64,000 nt of DNA, taken from assembly GCA_902763185.1 (NCBI GenBank), contig CACWQT010000001.1, forward strand, positions 74,722 through 138,721. Reading direction: 5' to 3'. Below are positions 9,624 to 19,732 of the stretch, piece by piece. How positions within the stretch are numbered: the first letter of the stretch is position 1; every line of letters begins with the position of its first letter. The notes below the pieces were generated by a model, which was not told the origin of the DNA, searched no databases, and saw only the letters and a program-made list of their open reading frames with translations. This stretch comes from an uncultured Rhodospirillales bacterium. Lineage in GTDB: Bacteria > Pseudomonadota > Alphaproteobacteria > RF32 > CAG-239. The translations under genes were made by a program, and so were the position numbers.

Positions 9624-10862
9624 ATGAAACGGATATTAGTCTTTAGTGTAGCTCTTTTAAGTTTAAGCTGTTTTATGAGCAGTTTGAGCTGTGCTAAAGA
9701 CATATCCGTAAATGATGTTAAAAGAATTGAAGCGGAGGCAAAGCAAAAGGCCTTAGAGTCGAAACAGCTTCAAGCTCGAGCCATTCAACTCAATCTTGAG
9801 CTGTCTAAAATTGATAAAACCGTTATTACATTGGCAGATAAAATAAAAAACAATGAAAAGAAACTCTCTGAATTAGAAGACAATCTGGTTACCTTAAACA
9901 AAAATTTGAAAGACAAAGAAGCTAATTTTGCAAAAGAAAATAACTCGCTTGTGCAAACTTTAGCTGCTCTGCAAAATATGTCTTTAACCCCTTCCGAATC
10001 GGTTATTTTGCAACCGTTATCTCCTGTTGATATTATCCGAAGTGCTGTTTTGCTTAGAGAGACGGTGCCTTACTTAAGTCAAAAATCTTCTAAACTTAAA
10101 ATTGATTTAGATAATGTTTATAACCAAAAAAAGAAAATAGAAAATACTCTTTCCGATACAAAAAAACAAAAGCAGTTATTGGAACAGCAACAAGCTGAAA
10201 TGCGGCAATTGATGGCTAAAAAAACAAATTTAAGAAAAGAGGTAGAAACCAAAGGTGCAGAAACCCAAAAGCAAGCACAAAATTTATCGTCTAAAGCAAA
10301 AGATTTACGCGAATTGTTAGAAGAACTTGAACGACAGAAAGAAATTGCTCGCAAGAAAAAAGAAGAAGCTGAACGTTTGGCTCGCTTAAAACGACAGCAG
10401 GAAATGGCTCAAAAAGGCCTAGCTCACACCGTTGATAAAAAGACACACGCCAGTATCAAAAAGCAAGTTAGCGGCAATAGTTTCGCTCACGCTAAAGGGG
10501 CTTTAACCCGTCCTGTCAGCGGTCCCAAAGTTACAGATTACGGGCAAACAATCTCTAAAGGGGTTACTTCAAAAGGAATTGTTTATAAAACACGCTCTGA
10601 AGCTCAAGTTACATCACTTTTTGACGGAACGGTTATTTTTTCCGGTCCATTTAAAGGATATGGTAATATTATTATAGTAGAACATGGAGGTGGGTATCTT
10701 TCTCTTCTTGCCGGTCTCGGTCACATTGACTGCGATGTCGGGCAAAAGTTGTTAAGCGGAGAGCCTGTTGGCACAATGCCTAAGGGGAGCGACTCCAAAC
10801 TTTATGTAGAGATAAGAAAAGACAGACACCCCATTAATCCAACGCCTTGGATTGCCGGTTAA
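9624..10862 (+). CDS. EnvC-like murein hydrolase activator (coiled coil + M23 peptidase domain)
   Basis: Signal peptide, long coiled-coil region, C-terminal M23/LytM-like domain (GYGNIIIVEHGGGYLSL). Confidence 0.75.
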   Translation: MKRILVFSVALLSLSCFMSSLSCAKDISVNDVKRIEAEAKQKALESKQLQARAIQLNLELSKIDKTVITLADKIKNNEKKLSELEDNLVTLNKNLKDKEANFAKENNSLVQTLAALQNMSLTPSESVILQPLSPVDIIRSAVLLRETVPYLSQKSSKLKIDLDNVYNQKKKIENTLSDTKKQKQLLEQQQAEMRQLMAKKTNLRKEVETKGAETQKQAQNLSSKAKDLRELLEELERQKEIARKKKEEAERLARLKRQQEMAQKGLAHTVDKKTHASIKKQVSGNSFAHAKGALTRPVSGPKVTDYGQTISKGVTSKGIVYKTRSEAQVTSLFDGTVIFSGPFKGYGNIIIVEHGGGYLSLLAGLGHIDCDVGQKLLSGEPVGTMPKGSDSKLYVEIRKDRHPINPTPWIAG

Positions 10863-10882
10863 TTTTATTTGAAGGGAAAAAG

Positions 10883-12172
10883 ATGAAAAAAAGTAAGTTA
10901 TTATTTATAGCCTTGTTTGCAGGATTATTGTTTAGTGCAACAAACGCTGTTGCTAAAGAAAAGAAAGATGACGCAGATACATATGAACTTCTGAACCTTT
11001 TTGGTGAAGTATTAGAGCGCACTAAAGTTTCTTATGTTGAAGAGGTGACAGATAAAAAGCTTATCGAATCGGCAATTAACGGGATGCTTTCTTCCCTTGA
11101 TCCACACTCCGGTTATTTAGACGCCGAAGGCTTTAAATATATGAGTGAACAAACCAAAGGTAAATTCGGGGGGTTAGGTATTGAGGTTACAATGGATAAT
11201 GGCCTTGTTAAAGTTGTTTCACCGATTGATGATACACCTGCCGCAAAAGCCGGCTTAAAAGCAGGTGATTATATTACCAATATTGACGATGAGACCGTTG
11301 TCGGCATGACCCTTAATGAAGCTGTCAGCAAATTGAGAGGTAAAATCGGCACAAAAGTAAAACTTTCTATTCGTCGCGTTAACTCTAAACCGATTGAAGT
11401 TACCATTGTCAGACAAGAAATTAAAATTCAGTCGGTTAAAAGTGAGGTAAAAGAAGATGCTATCAGTTATATTCGTATATCTTCTTTTACAGAGGATATT
11501 GATAAGTCTGTAACAGAGGCTATTGAAAAGGCAAAAAAGAAACTTAAAAATGAATTTTTAGGGATCGTGATTGATGTTCGTAATAATCCCGGTGGACTTC
11601 TTGACCAAGCAGTTGCCGTTTCTGATTTATTCTTAGAAAAAGGAGAAATTGTATCTACGCGTTCTCGTAACGAAAGTGATACGGTTAAATTTATGGCAAC
11701 TGAAGGCGATATTGCTAAAGGATTACCAATTGTTGTGCTTATAAATGAAGGGTCGGCTTCTGCGTCAGAAATTTTGGCAGGTGCACTCCAAGACCATCAT
11801 CGTGCCATCATTTTAGGTGAAAAATCATTTGGTAAAGGCTCGGTGCAAACAGTTATTCCGCTTAGGGATTACGGCGCCATGCGGATTACCACTGCGCGTT
11901 ATTACACGCCGTCCGGTCGCTCTATTCAAGCTAAAGGTATTGAGCCTGACATTGAGGTCAAACCGGCTAAAGTTGAAGAGTTAGAATCTTATGCACTTAA
12001 TATCAGCGAAGCAGAACTTAAAAATGCGCTCAAAAACGATAATGAAGAATCAAATGAAAAATCAAAGAAAAACAAAAAAAGCAAAGAAGATTTGGAAGAT
12101 TATCAGCTGACTCGCGCTTTAGACCTTGTAAAGGCTTTGGCTCTTTATGCTAATACATCTAATCAGGAATAA
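10883..12172 (+). CDS. ctpA: carboxy-terminal processing protease (S41)
   Basis: PDZ plus S41 catalytic region (GSASASEILAG, KSFGKGSVQT); ATG at 10883 has a GAAGGGAAAAAG SD (ORF opens at 10847). Confidence 0.85.
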   Translation: MKKSKLLFIALFAGLLFSATNAVAKEKKDDADTYELLNLFGEVLERTKVSYVEEVTDKKLIESAINGMLSSLDPHSGYLDAEGFKYMSEQTKGKFGGLGIEVTMDNGLVKVVSPIDDTPAAKAGLKAGDYITNIDDETVVGMTLNEAVSKLRGKIGTKVKLSIRRVNSKPIEVTIVRQEIKIQSVKSEVKEDAISYIRISSFTEDIDKSVTEAIEKAKKKLKNEFLGIVIDVRNNPGGLLDQAVAVSDLFLEKGEIVSTRSRNESDTVKFMATEGDIAKGLPIVVLINEGSASASEILAGALQDHHRAIILGEKSFGKGSVQTVIPLRDYGAMRITTARYYTPSGRSIQAKGIEPDIEVKPAKVEELESYALNISEAELKNALKNDNEESNEKSKKNKKSKEDLEDYQLTRALDLVKALALYANTSNQE

Positions 12173-12175
12173 TGC

Positions 12176-12664
12176 ATGCCACAACAATACAGACAATGTG
12201 CAAGCGCTATTGTTTTTAACCAAAAGGGTTTAGTTCTTTTGGGTAATCGTATTGATACCACAGATGATGCGTGGCAATTTTCGCAAGGTGGCATTGAGCA
12301 GGGAGAAACACCTGTTGTTGCCGCCAAGCGTGAATTGTTTGAAGAGATGAGTGTTACTTCTGTTATACCGATTTATTCAGACAACAAGCCCTTTCGTTAT
12401 GAATTTCCAGATGATGTAAAAGCAACTTTTCGTAAAAAAGGTATTATGACTAGCGGGCAGGATATTTATTTTTCTTTGTTCTATTTTAGTGGAAAAGAAG
12501 ATGAAATAAACATTCATACACCTAATCCGGAATTTATGGAATATAAGTGGGATACGCTTGATTTTGCCGTGCAAAATATTGTTGATTTTAAGAAAGAAGC
12601 TTATTCTTTTGCTGCCAAACTTGTTTATCCGTTGATTTGCCAATATCTTAAGCAGCTTACTTGA
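12176..12664 (+). CDS. rppH: RNA pyrophosphohydrolase (Nudix)
   Basis: Nudix box GGIEQGETPVVAAKRELFEE. Confidence 0.85.
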   Translation: MPQQYRQCASAIVFNQKGLVLLGNRIDTTDDAWQFSQGGIEQGETPVVAAKRELFEEMSVTSVIPIYSDNKPFRYEFPDDVKATFRKKGIMTSGQDIYFSLFYFSGKEDEINIHTPNPEFMEYKWDTLDFAVQNIVDFKKEAYSFAAKLVYPLICQYLKQLT

Positions 12665-13167
12665 TATTTCAAAAAAATTACCATAAATTATATTATGAGT
12701 TTGAAAAAGAGGCTAAAATGGATAATTTACCGGAAATTCGCGATATACATATACCTGACGGGGTTTCTTTTTTTCCTATTGCATATGGTTGGTGGGTTAT
12801 TTTGGTCAGTTTTATCGGAGCTTTTGTTTTAGTTAAGCTGATATTGCTGACTATTCGCACAAGTAAAAGAATTTACGCCCTTAGACAATTAAAAAACATT
12901 AATACGGAAAATCCGGTTATCGCGGCGATAAAATTTTCAGAATTGTTGCGGAGAGTTTGTCATTTCAAATTTAGGGAAGCAAGTGCTTTATATGGTAAGG
13001 AATGGATAGAGTTTCTCAACAATCGTGCTACACACAAAATTTCTGACGAATCTGCAAAACTTTTGATAAATGCACCGTTTATGAATATTGAAGATAAATT
13101 ATATTCGCAGCAAACTGCCGAAGATTTAAGAACTTTTTGTAAATACTGGATAGGAGCAAATTTATGA
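12661..13167 (+). CDS. DUF4381-like membrane protein (Bat operon accessory)
   Basis: Single TM after about 35 aa, position immediately upstream of batA; likely real start MDNLPEI at 12718. Confidence 0.55.
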   Translation: MIFQKNYHKLYYEFEKEAKMDNLPEIRDIHIPDGVSFFPIAYGWWVILVSFIGAFVLVKLILLTIRTSKRIYALRQLKNINTENPVIAAIKFSELLRRVCHFKFREASALYGKEWIEFLNNRATHKISDESAKLLINAPFMNIEDKLYSQQTAEDLRTFCKYWIGANL

Positions 13168-14168
13168 GCCATTTTCTTTATCCGGAAGCCTTTTGGTTAC
13201 TCGTTGTTCCTTTTGTTATTTACTTTTTATTGCCTAAAGTGCGCGGTCTTCATGGTGAAGCGCTTAAAGTCCCATTTATTGATGACCTTAAAAGCATTAA
13301 ACTAAAATCAGAACATCTACGTATTAGCCCATTAAACAGCAGGATCTTATTTTCGCTTAAATTTTTATACATTTTGACGATATGGACTCTTTTGGTTGTT
13401 GCGGCGGCGCGTCCGCAATATGCCGGCGAACCGCATCGCTTAAAGGCTGAAAACAGAGATATAATGCTCGTTATTGATATATCAAACTCTATGCTTCAAC
13501 CTGATTTTTATGCTCAAGGACATAGAATTGATAGAATGTCTGCAGTTAAAGCTGTTGTCAGCGCCTTTATAGAGAAGAGAACAGAAGATCGTGTCGGACT
13601 AGTTTTATTTGGTACACTTGCTTATTTGCAATCTCCTTTAACGTTTGATAAGCAGGCGGTTAAAGAGATTTTGCTTAATACTGATGCCGGTATGGCAGGA
13701 AACTCAACATCTATCGGAGATGCACTGGGAACAGCCTTAAAAAATCTCCAATCTGAGGAAAATAAAGATAATAAGGTGATCATATTGCTAACAGACGGCG
13801 AAAACAATGATGGCTCTCTTAGTATGGCTGAAGCAATTGATTTAGCTGAAAAAGAAGGTATAAAGGTTTATACAATAGGTGTTGGTGGAGGTGGAAACTT
13901 CATTAGCTCGTTATTTAGTTTGCGTAATAATGAATTTGATGAGGCAAGCCTAAAGGAATTGGCTAAAAGAACAAGAGGAAACTATTTCCAAGCTAAAGAC
14001 TTAAATACATTAGCTCAAGTTTATCAACGTATTGATGATTTGGAACCGCAAAGCAGTCAATCTAATGTTGTGCAAGAGATACGAGAATTATTTTATATAC
14101 CTCTGATGATTGCACTGTTTTTGTTGCTCGGTTTGTTGTTTTTACCAAGGAGAGCTTTAAATGATTGA
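13164..14168 (+). CDS. batA: BatA-like VWA domain membrane protein
   Basis: Two N-terminal TM segments, VWA MIDAS motif (DISNSM), C-terminal TM. Confidence 0.8.
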   Translation: MSHFLYPEAFWLLVVPFVIYFLLPKVRGLHGEALKVPFIDDLKSIKLKSEHLRISPLNSRILFSLKFLYILTIWTLLVVAAARPQYAGEPHRLKAENRDIMLVIDISNSMLQPDFYAQGHRIDRMSAVKAVVSAFIEKRTEDRVGLVLFGTLAYLQSPLTFDKQAVKEILLNTDAGMAGNSTSIGDALGTALKNLQSEENKDNKVIILLTDGENNDGSLSMAEAIDLAEKEGIKVYTIGVGGGGNFISSLFSLRNNEFDEASLKELAKRTRGNYFQAKDLNTLAQVYQRIDDLEPQSSQSNVVQEIRELFYIPLMIALFLLLGLLFLPRRALND

Positions 14169-16137
14169 GTTTTTGCAAAATTTTCATTTTTTACGTCCTT
14201 GGATGTTACTATTTTTGGTTATTCCTATTGGCTTGCTATTTAAGCATTTAAGCTTGACCAGCCGTGGCTCATCGTGGGAAAATATTTGCGATAAGAACCT
14301 TTTAGATTTTTTGCTTGTTGCGGATAAGACGCTTAAAAAGATCTCTGTTAAAAAATATATCTATACCGGACTTATCGCAATGATTCTAGCGGCTGCCGGC
14401 CCTGCTTGGAAAAAAGTAGAGGTTCCAACATTTGAAGTTGAGAATCCGGCAATGATTATTTTGAGCTTAGCAAAAGATATGCAGCTCACCGATGTTACAC
14501 CATCGCGGTTGGAACGTGCTAAATTTATGATTTCCGACATAACCGAGAACATACCAGAAGGACAATTCGGTTTAGAGGTTTACTCACAAGAACCATATAT
14601 CATTACCCCTCTTACCGAAGATGTGCAGATAATAAAAAGTTTATTACCGCAAATTGTGCCAAACATTGTTCCTGATAATGGCGATAGATTAGATAGAGCT
14701 ATTGCACTTGCTTTAGAAAGATTTAAGGCCGCAGGCTATGCAAAAGGGAACATTGTTATTTTCGCTTCTGATGTCGGACAAAGATTAGACCTCGCTTTAG
14801 ATAAAATCAAAGAAGCCGAGCAAATGAATTATACGATAAACATTGCAGATACTTCTTATTCCGGTAATGAAAAATTACAAATGCTTGCCGAAAAGGGTAA
14901 TGGTGTGTATTTTAAGGTAAAAGACGGTAATATGCAAATAATATTGGATAAGCTGCGTATTGAAGATAAAGATAAAATGACATTAAGTCAGAATTTGAGG
15001 TCAAATTATTTAGACTATGGATATTATCTTGTATTTATATCCCTTTTGTGTATGCTACCGTTTTTTAGACGCGGATTACTTGTTTTAATCTTTTGCTGTT
15101 GCTTTGTCGGACAAGCCAATGCAGGATTTTTATTAAACGACAACCAAGAAGGTTTTAGGCTCTTTAATGAAGAACAATATGAAGCAGCTTTAGAAAAATT
15201 TAAAGACAGTGTTTGGCGCGGTATTTCCTTGTATAAGCTAGAAAAAAATGAAGAAGCTTTGCAAGAGTTTTCTAAAGAACAGAGTGAAACAGCCATTTAT
15301 AATGCCGGTGTAGTGTTAACTAAATTATGCAAATATGATAAAGCTCTGAGCGCCTTTAACGCAGTTTTGAAACAAAACCCGAATAATGAAGACGCCGCTT
15401 ACAACAAACAAGTGTTGGAAGAGCTTTTTGTTAAAGCAAAAGAAAAGCCGGAATTATTAAATTGTCAAAATCAACAGCAAGATAATCAAAATAATCAGCA
15501 AGATCAAGATAACCAGCAGGAGCAAAATAACCAAAATCAGAGTTCTAATCAAAATAACGATAATCAACAAAATCAAGATGATTCAGAACAAGAACAACAG
15601 CAACAGGGTGAACAAAATCAGCAATCTGAGAATAATCAGCAAAATAATTCCGATAATCAACAGCAGAATAATGAACAAAAACAATCAACAAATGAAAATC
15701 AGGCAAATCAGCCGCAAGATAATGCTAATCAAAACGACCAACAACAAAACGGTCAGGAACAGCAAAATGAAAACAATTCTTCCGGTTCAAATGGTTCTTC
15801 TGAAAATCAAGATAATGCCAACAATCCATCTTCTCAAAAAAGTGATAATAAGCCGGATGAGAATAATGATACCCCGACAGAGGCTGATAATGACAATGGT
15901 GACGAAAATAAATCACAAAATGAGAATGGAGAGAATAACAATGGCACCGAAGCTCAAACTGAGGATCAGGATGTCGGCTTAATGAACGCTAAACAAGGAA
16001 ACGAAGACACTCAATATGATGATAAAGTTTTAGCTGTGCGTCGTAAATATAGGGAAATTCCCGAAGATGTCGGTGGCTTGCTTAGAGAATTTATAAAAAA
16101 GGAACATTTAAAAGGTAGGTATAGAAATGAAAATTAA
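14161..16137 (+). CDS. BatB/BatC-like fusion: VWA domain + TPR repeats + Q/N-rich low-complexity linker
   Basis: N-terminal TM and VWA region, central TPR repeats (YNAGVVLTKLCKYDKALSAFNAVLKQNPNNEDAAYNK), then about 190 aa of Q/N/D/E residues. Confidence 0.75.
   Translation: MIEFLQNFHFLRPWMLLFLVIPIGLLFKHLSLTSRGSSWENICDKNLLDFLLVADKTLKKISVKKYIYTGLIAMILAAAGPAWKKVEVPTFEVENPAMIILSLAKDMQLTDVTPSRLERAKFMISDITENIPEGQFGLEVYSQEPYIITPLTEDVQIIKSLLPQIVPNIVPDNGDRLDRAIALALERFKAAGYAKGNIVIFASDVGQRLDLALDKIKEAEQMNYTINIADTSYSGNEKLQMLAEKGNGVYFKVKDGNMQIILDKLRIEDKDKMTLSQNLRSNYLDYGYYLVFISLLCMLPFFRRGLLVLIFCCCFVGQANAGFLLNDNQEGFRLFNEEQYEAALEKFKDSVWRGISLYKLEKNEEALQEFSKEQSETAIYNAGVVLTKLCKYDKALSAFNAVLKQNPNNEDAAYNKQVLEELFVKAKEKPELLNCQNQQQDNQNNQQDQDNQQEQNNQNQSSNQNNDNQQNQDDSEQEQQQQGEQNQQSENNQQNNSDNQQQNNEQKQSTNENQANQPQDNANQNDQQQNGQEQQNENNSSGSNGSSENQDNANNPSSQKSDNKPDENNDTPTEADNDNGDENKSQNENGENNNGTEAQTEDQDVGLMNAKQGNEDTQYDDKVLAVRRKYREIPEDVGGLLREFIKKEHLKGRYRNEN
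15466..15990 (+). repeat. cryptic low-complexity CAA/CAG/AAT/GAT-rich coding region (Q/N-rich)
   Basis: Long run of Gln/Asn/Asp codons within the 14161-16137 CDS; no exact tandem unit. Confidence 0.7.
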
Positions 16138-17890
16138 AGTATATTTTTTAAGTTTGTTTTTTTTCCTAATGACATTTTATGTTCAAGCTAAAGAACTTAA
16201 CCTTTCTGTTGATAAAAAAGTATTGGTTGAAGGTGACACACTAACGCTTACCCTTGAGTATGACGGCGACAGCAACAACCAACCGGATTTAAGCAAATTA
16301 AGTAAAGATTTTAATATTGTATCTACTTCAACATCTCAGCAGTTTAGTTTTGTTAACGGTGCCGCTTCTCAAATAAAAAAATGGTCTTTCGGGTTAAGGC
16401 CTTTACACAAAGGAAAAATAAATATTCCCGCTATAAAATTGGATAATCTGTATTCTAACAGCGTTGATATTGAAGTTAAAGAGATGACCGATGTCGCTTA
16501 TGTTCCAGATAGCCGAGAAAATACAAATGCGCCTTATTTTGAAATTAAACAGGAATTTGATGTAAAACACCCCTATGTGCAGCAACAAGTTAATTTTTTT
16601 GTGCACATATATGACAGCATCGGTTTACAAAACGGCGCACCTACCATCAGTGCTGATGCACAAAAAGACTGGATTATTGTTCCTTTAACTGATAAACCGA
16701 TTGTTCGGCAGGAAACAATCAATCATAAACGAATGAATATTGAAACATATGCTTTTGCTGCATTTCCTCAGAAGGGTGGTACGCTAGAAGTTCCGCAGGT
16801 TTCTTTTGAAGGTTTTTATGTTAAAGATGCGACTTTTGATTTTCCAAATTTTGATGATGACATCAGCTTTTTCGGTGTTAATTTCCATAATGTATTCGGG
16901 CAACAGGTTCCGGTTCGGATGAAAACAAAAGCACAGACCATTGATGTTCGTCCGATTCCTGCAAACTCCTTAAGTGCATCATGGATGCCTTTAAATAATT
17001 TGGAATTATCGGCTAAATGGGATGAAAAGTCTAAATTTAAGACAGATGAAGCTATTACACGCACAATAACTCTTAAGGCTACCGGTACGACAGAAAGCAT
17101 GCTTCCTAAAATAACTTTTCCAGAAGCTGACGGATTTAAGCAATATCCAGAAAACCCAACCGTTTCTGAGCAAATTATCAATGGAAAAATTGTTACCACC
17201 GCAATTTTTAACAATGTCTATATCCCTCAAAAATCCGGCAGATTAACTATTCCACCGCTTAAAATGCAATGGTTTAATGTAGATACACAAAAATTACAAA
17301 TAACGTCTATTCCTCAAGAAGTAATTGATATATTACCAAGTGAGAAAGAGTTAGTTGCCAAACAAAATGTTTATTCAAAAGATACCGAACCTCTTGATAA
17401 TAAAGAAAATAATCCTTTATCGCCAGATACACACGACCAATCTGACTTGGCTCAAGATTTAAGCTCATTAAAATCATCTTTAGCCAATTTAGGTATTGCA
17501 GAAAAAGCGATTACCCCTCTTCTCTTTTTATTAGGAATATTGGTCTTTATTGCTATTATATCTTTGAAGCAGTGTAGAAAAAACAAACTGCGCAATGAAA
17601 TTATCCGAGCCATAAAAAAACATGATTATAAAAGGGCTAAAGAAAATTTGCTTATTTGGGCGCAACACAAATTCGGACAAATGTCTATTCAAAATTTTAA
17701 TGATGTATCTAAATGTGTGCAAAATACTGATTTTTCTGAACAACTTTCTCTATTAAATAAAATCTTGTATTCAAACAGTGAAGATTTATTTGATGGTGTT
17801 AAATTTATTGAAATTTTGAAAAAGATTGATAAACTTAAATGCAAACAAGCAGAAAAAAATAATGCAGTTTTACCAAATCTTTACGATTAA
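16127..17890 (+). CDS. batD: BatD-like oxygen-tolerance protein
   Basis: Signal peptide, large periplasmic domain, C-terminal TM (LLFLLGILVFIAIISL) plus cytoplasmic tail; operon position after batA/batB. Confidence 0.7.
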   Translation: MKIKVYFLSLFFFLMTFYVQAKELNLSVDKKVLVEGDTLTLTLEYDGDSNNQPDLSKLSKDFNIVSTSTSQQFSFVNGAASQIKKWSFGLRPLHKGKINIPAIKLDNLYSNSVDIEVKEMTDVAYVPDSRENTNAPYFEIKQEFDVKHPYVQQQVNFFVHIYDSIGLQNGAPTISADAQKDWIIVPLTDKPIVRQETINHKRMNIETYAFAAFPQKGGTLEVPQVSFEGFYVKDATFDFPNFDDDISFFGVNFHNVFGQQVPVRMKTKAQTIDVRPIPANSLSASWMPLNNLELSAKWDEKSKFKTDEAITRTITLKATGTTESMLPKITFPEADGFKQYPENPTVSEQIINGKIVTTAIFNNVYIPQKSGRLTIPPLKMQWFNVDTQKLQITSIPQEVIDILPSEKELVAKQNVYSKDTEPLDNKENNPLSPDTHDQSDLAQDLSSLKSSLANLGIAEKAITPLLFLLGILVFIAIISLKQCRKNKLRNEIIRAIKKHDYKRAKENLLIWAQHKFGQMSIQNFNDVSKCVQNTDFSEQLSLLNKILYSNSEDLFDGVKFIEILKKIDKLKCKQAEKNNAVLPNLYD

Positions 17891-17928
17891 ACGGCATTGT
17901 ATTGAATATGTAGTAACAAACTAATGGA

Positions 17929-18807
17929 GTGTCTATGCTCTTAAAAAGATTTTTTTGCGGACTGGTTGCCTTAGTTCTTTTGGCTTGTGGTGGTATGCTT
18001 TTAAATAGCCCTCATTTAAGCAAAATGATTATCAGCGGCATTTTTTTGATTGGTGGTGCCACTCTTGGTCATGTTGCTATCAAACAAACTTTGCCTTGTT
18101 ACAGTTTTTGGATAACACTTATTGCCATTGCTTTAGCTTATGCGCTTTTTTCTTCTAAAATAAACAGTGCTTCACCTGAAGAAGATATTGATACAACCTC
18201 AACTTCTATTGTAGCAGAAGCCCCTTCTGCAAGTGTTGAACAGACTGAACATAAAGTTCTTCCGCAAAAAATGAAGCGTAAACGGAAATCAACCGGTTTT
18301 AAATTATCATCTTATCCCAGAGTTAGCGGAAGTGCTACAGTTATTCATGCTCATGTGTTTTATATCGGTGGCAGATACGTAAGATTGTTCGGTGTAGATG
18401 CCCCTGATAATGATCAAATTTGTTCCAGCGCAACAGGCAGTTCTTATAATTGTGGGGAAGAAGCTGCTTCTTGGGTTCGCGGTTGGATAGATAAAAATCC
18501 GATAGACTGCTATTTGTTAAAGGTAGAACCACAAGGTCAAGATTTGGCAACTTGTGTTTGGGGTGAATATGACATCGGTGCCGGTTTGGTTGGTGCCGGA
18601 TGGGGAATAGCCAATATCCGCGAAACGCACATTTATGAGCCTTATCAAGCAAAGGCTCAGAGCCAATCATCCGGATTATGGCAAGGTTCTTTTTATAACC
18701 CTGAGGATTGGCGTGATATTAAACGGAGCAGAAACAATTTCAAAATCCAACGAAGAAGATCTTCTAAAGACGGTGGTCTCTTTAATTTCGGATCATGGTT
18801 TAAGTGA
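17929..18807 (+). CDS. membrane-anchored thermonuclease (SNase-like) family protein
   Basis: Two N-terminal TM helices then an SNase-like domain (RLFGVDAPDND ... GWGIANIRETHIYEPY); resembles Rhizobiales ExoI-type nucleases. Confidence 0.65.
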   Translation: MSMLLKRFFCGLVALVLLACGGMLLNSPHLSKMIISGIFLIGGATLGHVAIKQTLPCYSFWITLIAIALAYALFSSKINSASPEEDIDTTSTSIVAEAPSASVEQTEHKVLPQKMKRKRKSTGFKLSSYPRVSGSATVIHAHVFYIGGRYVRLFGVDAPDNDQICSSATGSSYNCGEEAASWVRGWIDKNPIDCYLLKVEPQGQDLATCVWGEYDIGAGLVGAGWGIANIRETHIYEPYQAKAQSQSSGLWQGSFYNPEDWRDIKRSRNNFKIQRRRSSKDGGLFNFGSWFK

Positions 18808-19271
18808 TGCAACATAACAATCAAATACTCTGCAAAACAGAGCAACAAACCAAGCTTTTGGCTGAACAATTTGCAAAAATAGCAAAAAAAGGTGATGTTT
18901 TTGCGCTTTTTGGGACATTAGGTGCCGGCAAAAGTGTTTTTTCACGTTATTTTATTCAAAAATTAACCGATGTAACGGATGTTCCCAGTCCAACTTTTAC
19001 ATTGTTACAAACATACGAGGCTCAAAATTTTGAGATTTATCATTATGATATGTATCGTCTGAAGTCTCCCGATGAGGCGTATGAATTAGATGTCGAAGAG
19101 GCTTTTTACGGCGCAGTCAGCTTGGTAGAGTGGCCGGAAAAAATTTTACCGTTATTACCAAAAGATATTTGGAAAATTACAATATTTGTTAATGGCACAG
19201 AACGGCTTTTTGATATTGAGACTAATAATATTGAAAAATATAACAGATTAAAGGATGCCGGTCTTGCTTAA
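18804..19271 (+). CDS. tsaE: tRNA t6A biosynthesis ATPase TsaE
   Basis: Walker A GTLGAGKS; YjeE-size; PSPTFTL motif. Confidence 0.8.
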   Translation: MMQHNNQILCKTEQQTKLLAEQFAKIAKKGDVFALFGTLGAGKSVFSRYFIQKLTDVTDVPSPTFTLLQTYEAQNFEIYHYDMYRLKSPDEAYELDVEEAFYGAVSLVEWPEKILPLLPKDIWKITIFVNGTERLFDIETNNIEKYNRLKDAGLA

Positions 19272-19686
19272 TATCCATGCGACATTAGTCAGTTATCAAA
19301 ACAAGGGTATTTTATTTATTGGAGAATCCGGTGTTGGTAAATCTGATTTAGCTTTAAGACTGATTATGGAAAAAGGAGCAAAGCTCGTTGCTGACGACCG
19401 TGTCATTTTAGAGAGAAAGAAAGATATTCTTTGGGGATATGCGCCTGAAACTTTAGCTAATAAATTGGAAGTTCGAAATATCGGTATTGCTGAATTTGCA
19501 GCAAAAAAGAAGGAAAAAATTTCACTTTGTGTAGAATTGTGCCTAAATAGAACTGAAATCGAAAGGTTACCACGACCGGATTTTATAGATTTTTTGGGGA
19601 TATCTGTTGCCAAAATAAAGCTTTATCCTTTTGATTGTTCTACAATTTATAAAATTATATTAAAAATTTGTGGCAAAATAAGTTAG
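19255..19686 (+). CDS. hprK: short HPr kinase/phosphorylase (C-terminal domain only, alphaproteobacterial type)
   Basis: GESGVGKSDLALRLI P-loop and LVADDRV motif; 143 aa. Confidence 0.75.
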   Translation: MPVLLNIHATLVSYQNKGILFIGESGVGKSDLALRLIMEKGAKLVADDRVILERKKDILWGYAPETLANKLEVRNIGIAEFAAKKKEKISLCVELCLNRTEIERLPRPDFIDFLGISVAKIKLYPFDCSTIYKIILKICGKIS

Positions 19687-19732
19687 TTTAAGCTAATAAT
19701 ATGGCTATACGTTTATTGGAGTATAGATTAGT

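Noticed and set aside
15466-15990. Q/N codon run as a tandem DNA repeat or CRISPR-like array
   Set aside because: No fixed repeat unit or spacer structure; it is compositionally biased coding sequence in frame with the flanking VWA/TPR protein.
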